A stretch of DNA of 5,787 bases, counting the filler, from an uncultured virus (IMG/VR IMGVR_UViG_2061766007_000587) (lineage: Duplodnaviria; Heunggongvirae; Uroviricota; Caudoviricetes). It is 3 parts of one record of this genome, joined end to end, with 100 filler letters (N's around TTAATTAATTAA, not from the genome) between each part and the next. Parts side by side here need not be neighbours in the genome. Positions count along the whole stretch, not along the records: positions 1 to 1,209 come from IMGVR_UViG_2061766007_000587; positions 1,310 to 4,377 come from IMGVR_UViG_2061766007_000587; positions 4,478 to 5,787 come from IMGVR_UViG_2061766007_000587. One strand, 5' to 3'. The notes beneath the pieces are model-generated. The model was not told the DNA's origin. It was given only the letters and a program-made list of their open reading frames with translations, and did not search any database. Numbering within the stretch: the first letter of the stretch is position 1; every line of letters begins with the position of its first letter. This document shows, piece after piece, positions 1 through 5,382 of the stretch. The translations under genes were made by a program, and so were the position numbers.

Positions 1-1
1 T

Positions 2-249
2 GAGGCCGAAATAATGGCTGCAGTGATATCGTCCATGTTCACGATATTCGTAAAGACAGAATCCGAAGAGGGATTGCAACCGATGGTGCCAATGTCCGGT
101 GCGGAAACAACATCGGTTCCACGCAACAGCGATTATAAATTGTCGCCTGGTGCAATCCTTGACCTGCAACCAAACGAGGCAATCGAAATCGCAGATCCGA
201 AAAGACCGAACCAATCATTTGATGGGTTCGTGCAATCGATACTGCGGCA
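2..249 (+). CDS. Phage portal protein, lambda family, internal fragment (copy 1)
   Basis: Open frame from base 2: EAEIMAAVISSMFTIFVK...YKLSPGAILDLQPNEAIEIADPKRPNQSFDGFVQSILR, matching the lambda-type portal pattern (AE..AA..., L.PG....L..GE, P.RP...F..F...ILR). Truncated by the window edge and the N10 gap at 250-259. Confidence 0.9.
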
Positions 250-260
250 NNNNNNNNNNT

Positions 261-607
261 GGTACGGAATCAACGACACTTCCACGTGGCGATGATTACA
301 AACTGTCGCCTGGTGCAATCTTAGATTTGCAACCAAACGAGGCAATCGAAATCGCAGATCCAAAAAGACCGAACCAATCATTTGATGGGTTCGTGCAATC
401 GATACTGCGGCAAATCGGTGTGGCTTTGGAACTGCCGTTTGAAATACTGATCAAGCATTTCACAGCAAGTTATTCGGCAGCACAAGCAGCATTGGTTGAG
501 GCATGGAAGACATTCAGTGCAAGGCGCACATGGATGGCAAACCAGTTCTGCCAACCTGTGTATGAAATGGTAATCAGCGAGGCAATCGCAAAAGGATTCC
601 TGGATGC
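261..607 (+). CDS. Phage portal protein, lambda family, internal fragment (copy 2)
   Basis: GTESTTLPRGDDYKLSPGAILDL...ILRQIGVALELPFEILIKHFTASYSAAQAALVEAWKTF...FCQPVYE; contains the lambda-portal (N/S)YS(S/A)A(R/Q)AAL.E and FCQPVY motifs. Overlaps copy 1 in content. Confidence 0.93.
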
Positions 608-618
608 NNNNNNNNNNA

Positions 619-876
619 GCAGCATTGGTTGAGGCATGGAAGACATTCAGTGCAAGACGTAATTGGATGGCGAGTCAGTTCTGCCAACCGGTGTATGAAA
701 TGGTAATCAGCGAGGCAATCGCAAAAGGATTCCTGGATGCCCCAGGTTTCTTTTCGGATCCATTTGTTCGGGCTGCATACCTTGGTGCTGAATGGATCGG
801 ACCACCGAGAGGACAGATAGATCAGCTGAAAGAAATCAGAGCCGCAGCATATCGTGTGGATTTAGGTGTATCAACA
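619..876 (+). CDS. Phage portal protein, lambda family, internal fragment (copy 3)
   Basis: AALVEAWKTFSARRNWMASQFCQPVYE...AYLGAEWIGPPRGQIDQLKEIRAAAYRVDLGVST; W..P....ID..KE..A is the conserved C-terminal portal motif. Confidence 0.93.
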
Positions 877-886
877 NNNNNNNNNN

Positions 887-1209
887 CTGATTGTGAACCC
901 CACAACAGAAACGGCCAAAAGAACATCCAGAATGCGTATTGATCCGGCAATAGAAAATTGTCCGGCATTACGTGAAAAAATTCATAGCCCACGTTCAAGG
1001 GATAGTGGCAACACGATGTTGATGAAAGAATTTCCAGGTGGAATCTTGATCCTAACTGGTGCGAATTCGCCAGTAGGATTACGATCACTTCCTGTGCGCT
1101 ACCTGTTCCTAGACGAGGTGGACGGCTTCCCAGATGAGGCTGGCACCGAGGGCGACCCAGTAGATTTGGCGGTACAAAGAACTGCAACGTTCAACAACCG
1201 CAAAATCTT
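887..1209 (+). CDS. Phage terminase large subunit (lambda GpA family), ATPase-domain fragment
   Basis: LIVNPTTETAKRTSRMRIDPAIENCPALREK...RSRDSGNTMLMKEFPGGILILTGANSPVGLRSLPVRYLFLDEVDGFP...EGDPVDLAVQRTATFNNRKI; GpA hallmarks K.FPGG, GANS...LRS, Walker B YLFLDEVD, EGDP..LA..RT.TF. Confidence 0.95.
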
Positions 1210-1309
1210 NNNNNNNNNNNNNNNNNNNNNNNNNNNNNNNNNNNNNNNNNNNNTTAATTAATTAANNNNNNNNNNNNNNNNNNNNNNNNNNNNNNNNNNN
1301 NNNNNNNNN
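1210..1309. other. Artificial scaffold linker (N44-TTAATTAATTAA-N44)
   Basis: TTAATTAATTAA at 1254-1265 places stops in all six frames; symmetric 44-N flanks give exactly 100 bp. Confidence 0.97.
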
Positions 1310-1310
1310 G

Positions 1311-1513
1311 CTACAAACATTCGCCAAGCACTGGGCAATAGAACCGAGTGCAATGCAACTGGTCGCAGCAACATTCAAAGAGGTCCAATCGGGCCTCTCT
1401 TTATTTGCCCAGAAACCCCTCGTAAACACCTTTACAACGAGTATTCGTGATGGGGTGGCAGTTATACCAATCCATGGCATTATCACGCCACGTGCCGATG
1501 TATTCACGTTTTT
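1311..1513 (+). CDS. S49 family head-maturation protease (lambda gpC-like), N-terminal fragment (haplotype 1)
   Basis: LQTFAKHWAIEPSAMQLVAATFKEVQSGLSLFAQKPLVNTFTTSIRDGVAVIPIHGIITPRADVFTF; WAI.P and DGVAVIPI.G motifs; sequence continues into the S49 core seen in 3490-3968. Confidence 0.88.
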
Positions 1514-1524
1514 NNNNNNNNNNA

Positions 1525-1764
1525 GGTGCGGAATGGATAGGACCACCGAGAGGACAGATAGATCAGTTGAAAGAAATCAGAGCCGCAGCATATCGTGTGG
1601 ATTTAGGTGTATCAACACTTGAAGAAGAAACCGCACAGATCACTGGCGGATCATGGGAAACCAAACACATACAACGAGCCAAGGAACAAAAACTAAGGAC
1701 CGAGGCAGGATTGGTAACAGCGATAGATAACAATAACAAGGAGGACGAAACAAACGAGGACTGA
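1525..1764 (+). CDS. Portal protein C-terminus, 'filled' allele
   Basis: GAEWIGPPRGQIDQLKEIRAAAYRVDLGVSTLEEETAQITGGSWETKHIQRAKEQKLRTEAGLVTAIDNNNKEDETNED*, stop TGA at 1762-1764; overlaps copy 3 in content. Confidence 0.92.
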   Translation, partial: GAEWIGPPRGQIDQLKEIRAAAYRVDLGVSTLEEETAQITGGSWETKHIQRAKEQKLRTEAGLVTAIDNNNKEDETNED

Positions 1765-1780
1765 TGTTGCAAAAAACATC
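1763..1780. promoter_or_regulatory. Inverted repeat (candidate operator) over the -35 element
   Basis: GATGTT (1763-1768)-N6-AACATC (1775-1780). Confidence 0.4.
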
Positions 1781-1795
1781 TGAAAATGTTATAAT
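1767..1795 (+). promoter_or_regulatory. Near-consensus sigma70 promoter with extended -10
   Basis: -35 TTGCAA (1767-1772), 17-bp spacer, TG at 1787-1788, -10 TATAAT (1790-1795); begins 3 nt after the portal stop. Confidence 0.85.
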
Positions 1796-1822
1796 GATAC
1801 AAAGTAACATGAGGATAAATAA

Positions 1823-2023
1823 ATGCGTTGTAAACTGGCAACAAAAGATCAAATAAACGTTTTGTTGAAAGCATTGCTGGAAAATAAAACAGGATCATTT
1901 CAGCCAGTGGACCTCCCTCATATTACAAACGAAAAACCTATAGCAAAGAGGAATAGCATTTTGCGAGAACTTTGTAATAAAACAGCAACAGAAGATCTAA
2001 AAAAGGCATTTAATATACAATAA
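1823..2023 (+). CDS. Hypothetical 66-aa protein (no family recognised)
   Basis: GAGGA Shine-Dalgarno at 1811-1815, 7 nt before ATG 1823; downstream of a strong promoter; stop TAA runs directly into a terminator hairpin. Confidence 0.8.
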   Translation: MRCKLATKDQINVLLKALLENKTGSFQPVDLPHITNEKPIAKRNSILRELCNKTATEDLKKAFNIQ

Positions 2024-2052
2024 ACACCCCCACTTTTGTGGGGTGTTTGTTT
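2022..2052 (+). terminator. Intrinsic terminator T1
   Basis: AAACACCCCCAC-TTTT-GTGGGGTGTTT stem-loop (one bulged C) with a TTTGTTT tail. Confidence 0.75.
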
Positions 2053-2078
2053 GCTGGACTTAATCGAAAACATATAGT
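2051..2078 (+). promoter_or_regulatory. Possible weaker sigma70 promoter for the DUF6088 gene
   Basis: TTGCTG (2051-2056)-N16-TATAGT (2073-2078), upstream of the SD AAGGTG (2092-2097). Confidence 0.35.
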
Positions 2079-2102
2079 ACTTGTTTGTAAAAAGGTGTGA
2101 AT

Positions 2103-2819
2103 ATGAGCATATCAAGAAAAGAACAAGTATATAGAGTTATTCGTGAACATGGCAGAGGTTGGGTCTTTTGTGGTAGCGATCTTAGAAAGTGCTTTAAACC
2201 ACAAGAAATAGACTTGTGCTTATCACTGTTGGTAAAAAGTGGTGATATTCGTCGTGTTATAAGAGGAATATATTATTATCCGGAATACAATGGGATTTTG
2301 CATGATTGGGCATCACCAGATATATACCGAGTTGCAAAAACACTAGCACGCAAATTTTGTTGGAATATATATCCGGACGGAAATACGGTATTAAACTATT
2401 TTGGATTGTCAACACAAGTGGTGGCTAAGAATATCTACCTATCTAATGGTCCATCCAGGATATACCATATAGGTGGAACATCACTGATATTTCAACACAT
2501 TCCAAATAAAGAAGTAATAAAGAAATCTGAAAAAGCAACAATAGTTATACAGGCTATAAAAGCTTGGGGAAAGGTTCATGCCACAGGTCAGTTCGCAACA
2601 AGTTTATCAGGAAGATTTAGTGCCAAAGAATGGGAAAAAATAGCGGAATGTTCACAATGTACAACTGATTGGATTTATGATGTTATAAAAAAAGCAAGAG
2701 ATATAGCCATAAACAAAGAATGTGATCTACCACCAGAGGCAATAAAAGGTATTGAAGATGGATTAAAAAGTATGGAAGAAAACAGAGGAATACCTCTGGA
2801 ACAAATCGATAAAAAATAA
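2103..2819 (+). CDS. DUF6088 family protein (AbiEi-like type IV TA antitoxin / wHTH regulator) with C-terminal extension
   Basis: ATG 2103 with SD AAGGTG (preferred over GTG 2097). Motifs G.VF...D, L..L...G.I.R..RG.Y.YP, P....VA..LAR, P.G....N..GLSTQV, YL.(N/D)GP.R, VIQA....GK and W I match DUF6088 as I recall it. Confidence 0.82.
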   Translation: MSISRKEQVYRVIREHGRGWVFCGSDLRKCFKPQEIDLCLSLLVKSGDIRRVIRGIYYYPEYNGILHDWASPDIYRVAKTLARKFCWNIYPDGNTVLNYFGLSTQVVAKNIYLSNGPSRIYHIGGTSLIFQHIPNKEVIKKSEKATIVIQAIKAWGKVHATGQFATSLSGRFSAKEWEKIAECSQCTTDWIYDVIKKARDIAINKECDLPPEAIKGIEDGLKSMEENRGIPLEQIDKK

Positions 2820-2833
2820 CCACAACAAACATT

Positions 2834-2862
2834 ACACCCCACCAAAACGGTGGGGTGTTTTT
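2834..2862 (+). terminator. Intrinsic terminator T2
   Basis: Perfect 10-bp stem ACACCCCACC-AAAAC-GGTGGGGTGT followed by a T run, 14 nt after the DUF6088 stop. Confidence 0.85.
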
Positions 2863-2884
2863 ATACACCAAAAAAGGAAAGGAC

Positions 2885-3019
2885 ATGAAGAAGATACAGA
2901 TGAAGAATGAACTACAAACATTCGCCAAGCACTGGGCAATAGAACCAAGTGCAATGCAACTGGTCGCAACAACATTCAAAGAGGTCCAATCGGGCCTCTC
3001 TTTATTTGCCCAGAAACCC
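2885..3019 (+). CDS. S49 head-maturation protease N-terminus, 'filled' allele (haplotype 2)
   Basis: SD AAGGA 2874-2878, ATG 2885: MKKIQMKNELQTFAKHWAIEPSAMQLVATTFKEVQSGLSLFAQKP; an alternative start is the ATG at 2900. Confidence 0.85.
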
Positions 3020-3030
3020 NNNNNNNNNNT

Positions 3031-3117
3031 GCCAAGGAACAGAAACTAAGGACCGAGGCAGGATTAACCGCAACCATAGAGAACAGCAATGAAAAAGAAG
3101 ATACAGATGAAGAATGA
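3031..3117 (+). CDS. Portal protein C-terminus, 'empty' allele (not in the supplied ORF track)
   Basis: AKEQKLRTEAGLTATIENSNEKEDTDEE*, TGA at 3115-3117; the first 12 aa are identical to those encoded at 1678-1713. Confidence 0.9.
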   Translation, partial: AKEQKLRTEAGLTATIENSNEKEDTDEE

Positions 3118-3210
3118 ACTACAAACATTCGCAAAGCACTGGGCCATAGAACCGAGTGCGATGCAATTGGTCGCAGCAACATTCAAAGAGGTCCAATCGG
3201 GCCTCTCTTT
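3089..3210 (+). CDS. S49 head-maturation protease N-terminus, 'empty' allele (haplotype 3), overlapping the portal stop
   Basis: MKKKIQMKNELQTFAKHWAIEPSAMQLVAATFKEVQSGLS; start at ATG 3089 or 3107, both upstream of the portal stop. Confidence 0.85.
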
Positions 3211-3221
3211 NNNNNNNNNNG

Positions 3222-3478
3222 GTAATACCAATCCATGGCATTATCACGCCACGTGCCGATGTATTCACGTTTTTGATGGGTGGCACAGCATTGGAATTAT
3301 TAGCCAGGGATTTGCAGGCAGCATTAGATAACCCAGAGGTCCAATCAATCTTGTTGGATATCGACAGCCCTGGTGGGGTTGCGGTTGGACCATCTGAAAT
3401 GGCGGACGTTATACGCAAGGCAACACAGAAGAAACCGATATGGGCATACGTTGGTCGCAACTGTTGTTCGGCAGCATA
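3222..3478 (+). CDS. S49 protease internal fragment
   Basis: VIPIHGII...ALDNPEVQSILLDIDSPGGVAVG...IWAYVGRNCCSAA; LDIDSPGG motif. Confidence 0.92.
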
Positions 3479-3489
3479 NNNNNNNNNNA

Positions 3490-3968
3490 GTTATACCAAT
3501 TCATGGCGTAATAACGCCACGTGCCGATGTATTCACGTTTCTGATGGGTGGCACAGCATTGGAATTACTGGCAAGAGATTTGCAGGCGGCATTGGATAAT
3601 CCAGAGGTCCAATCAATCTTGTTGGATATAGACAGTCCTGGTGGGGTTGCTGTTGGACCATCTGAAATGGCGGACGTTATACGCAAGGCAACAGAAAAGA
3701 AACCGATATGGGCATACGTTGGTCGCAACTGTTGTTCGGCAGCATACTGGCTGGCATCAGCAGCAAGCAACATCGTGGCACAGAAGACGGCATTGCTCGG
3801 CAGCATCGGTGTTGTATCCAGTGTAGCGGTACAGGAACAACCGGATGCAGACGGATACAAACAAATAGAAATCGTTTCATCAAATGCTAAGAACAAAAGA
3901 CCAGACCCAAGAACACCTGAGGGCGAGGCAACAATCCGTTCCGAACTGGATGCGCTGGAGGCTGAATT
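3490..3968 (+). CDS. S49 protease catalytic core fragment
   Basis: LDIDSPGG, CSAAYWLASAA (putative catalytic Ser codon 3736-3738), GSIGV and a downstream Lys-containing segment SNAKNKRPD, typical of Ser/Lys-dyad S49 peptidases. Confidence 0.95.
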
Positions 3969-3979
3969 NNNNNNNNNNT

Positions 3980-4271
3980 TGGCATCTGCAGCAAGCAACA
4001 TAGTGGCACAGAAAACCGCATTGTTGGGCAGTATCGGTGTTGTATCCAGTGTGGCAGTACAAGAACAACCGGATGCAGACGGATACAAAACAATAGAAAT
4101 CGTTTCATCGAACGCAAAGAACAAAAGACCAGACCCACGCACACCGGAGGGCGAGGCAACAATCCGTTCCGAACTTGATGCGCTGGAGGCTGAATTTATC
4201 CAATCAGTCGCCACATACCGCAACGTAGGAACAGATACCGTTAAAACCGATTTCGGTCAAGGCGGTGTGGT
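3980..4271 (+). CDS. S49 protease internal fragment (variant copy extending further 3')
   Basis: LASAASNIVAQKTALLGSIGVV...LDALEAEFIQSVATYRNVGTDTVKTDFGQGGV; F...VA..R and FG.GGV are typical of phage S49 proteins. Confidence 0.92.
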
Positions 4272-4282
4272 NNNNNNNNNNT

Positions 4283-4369
4283 CACCAGTATGGTGTCGAC
4301 ACATGGCGCAACGTGGGTTATGGCTACTGGCAACAAGCATGCCAAGTCACATTAACAAAAACAGAGTAA
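4283..4369 (+). CDS. Possible C-terminus of an unidentified protein
   Basis: HQYGVDTWRNVGYGYWQQACQVTLTKTE* (TAA 4367-4369) followed by an ATG at 4372; the contig is only 96 bp, so the frame is uncertain. Confidence 0.25.
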   Translation, partial: HQYGVDTWRNVGYGYWQQACQVTLTKTE

Positions 4370-4377
4370 CGATGTTT

Positions 4378-4477
4378 NNNNNNNNNNNNNNNNNNNNNNN
4401 NNNNNNNNNNNNNNNNNNNNNTTAATTAATTAANNNNNNNNNNNNNNNNNNNNNNNNNNNNNNNNNNNNNNNNNNNN
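4378..4477. other. Artificial scaffold linker (N44-TTAATTAATTAA-N44)
   Basis: TTAATTAATTAA at 4422-4433; same structure as 1210-1309. Confidence 0.97.
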
Positions 4478-4478
4478 A

Positions 4479-4550
4479 GTAACATACCAAGTTATGAACA
4501 TTGAACATCATATCCCTGGATCAAGAAAATTGGTATTACACGAACAATGA
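4479..4550 (+). CDS. C-terminus of a putative head-tail joining (head closure) protein
   Basis: VTYQVMNIEHHIPGSRKLVLHEQ*; resembles the Y.V......G...L.L end of gpFII-like head-tail joining proteins and fits the position upstream of baseplate genes. Only 23 aa visible. Confidence 0.4.
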   Translation, partial: VTYQVMNIEHHIPGSRKLVLHEQ

Positions 4551-4563
4551 ATTTATTATCTGT

Positions 4564-4613
4564 TTGATATTATCCAATATTTATGATAAAATTCATGTAT
4601 AAAACCAAAGGAG
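4564..4613 (+). promoter_or_regulatory. Sigma70 promoter with extended -10, plus strong RBS
   Basis: -35 TTGATA (4564-4569), 17-bp spacer, TG 4584-4585, -10 TAAAAT (4587-4592); SD AAGGAG 4608-4613, 7 nt before ATG 4621. Confidence 0.72.
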
Positions 4614-4620
4614 AAAATAC

Positions 4621-4628
4621 ATGAAAAA
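4621..4628 (+). CDS. Start of an unknown gene (ATG AAA AA.), remainder lost in the gap 4629-5381
   Basis: ATG with a well-spaced AAGGAG and upstream promoter. Confidence 0.55.
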
Positions 4629-5382
4629 NNNNNNNNNNNNNNNNNNNNNNNNNNNNNNNNNNNNNNNNNNNNNNNNNNNNNNNNNNNNNNNNNNNNNNNN
4701 NNNNNNNNNNNNNNNNNNNNNNNNNNNNNNNNNNNNNNNNNNNNNNNNNNNNNNNNNNNNNNNNNNNNNNNNNNNNNNNNNNNNNNNNNNNNNNNNNNNN
4801 NNNNNNNNNNNNNNNNNNNNNNNNNNNNNNNNNNNNNNNNNNNNNNNNNNNNNNNNNNNNNNNNNNNNNNNNNNNNNNNNNNNNNNNNNNNNNNNNNNNN
4901 NNNNNNNNNNNNNNNNNNNNNNNNNNNNNNNNNNNNNNNNNNNNNNNNNNNNNNNNNNNNNNNNNNNNNNNNNNNNNNNNNNNNNNNNNNNNNNNNNNNN
5001 NNNNNNNNNNNNNNNNNNNNNNNNNNNNNNNNNNNNNNNNNNNNNNNNNNNNNNNNNNNNNNNNNNNNNNNNNNNNNNNNNNNNNNNNNNNNNNNNNNNN
5101 NNNNNNNNNNNNNNNNNNNNNNNNNNNNNNNNNNNNNNNNNNNNNNNNNNNNNNNNNNNNNNNNNNNNNNNNNNNNNNNNNNNNNNNNNNNNNNNNNNNN
5201 NNNNNNNNNNNNNNNNNNNNNNNNNNNNNNNNNNNNNNNNNNNNNNNNNNNNNNNNNNNNNNNNNNNNNNNNNNNNNNNNNNNNNNNNNNNNNNNNNNNN
5301 NNNNNNNNNNNNNNNNNNNNNNNNNNNNNNNNNNNNNNNNNNNNNNNNNNNNNNNNNNNNNNNNNNNNNNNNNNNNNNNNNG

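Larger units (their letters stand above)
1765..2884 (+). mobile_element. Moron-like accessory cassette between the portal and protease genes
   Basis: Absent from the alternative junction at 3030-3120. Has its own promoter and terminators and is visibly more AT-rich (hand-sampled 60-mers about 28-42% GC versus about 43-57% in the structural genes). No transposase or integrase inside. Confidence 0.85.

Noticed and set aside
98..727. Diversity-generating retroelement TR/VR pair
   Set aside because: Mismatches between copies are not adenine-specific, are largely synonymous, and no reverse transcriptase is present.
619..1209. Terminase located downstream of portal as a gene-order rearrangement
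   Set aside because: The join is an N gap between internal gene fragments; contig order here is unreliable.
1254..1265. Palindromic TTAATTAATTAA (also at 4422-4433) as a biological site
   Set aside because: Centred in exactly 44+44 Ns both times; a synthetic six-frame stop linker joining scaffolds.
2017..2863. Integron attC sites or CRISPR repeats at the two hairpins
   Set aside because: Too short for attC and lacking RYYYAAC/GTTRRRY cores; only two copies about 800 bp apart flanking a gene, with no spacer array, cas or integrase gene.
1765..2884. Insertion sequence or transposon as the cassette's identity
   Set aside because: No transposase, no terminal inverted repeats and no exact target-site duplication at the boundaries.
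3119..4223. Minus-strand ORFs (3119-3460, 3501-4223, also 133-381, 822-1187, 1563-1898)
   Set aside because: Antisense shadows of well-supported plus-strand phage genes, most crossing N gaps, with no recognisable motifs.
1..4271. Tandem duplications of portal and protease segments as real repeats, pseudogenes or an antigenic-variation cassette array
   Set aside because: Every repeat boundary coincides with an N gap; this is the pattern of unresolved assembly bubbles from similar haplotypes.
3373..4425. Single 350-aa protease ORF with an internal duplication
   Set aside because: Artefactual read-through of several N gaps joining separate contigs.
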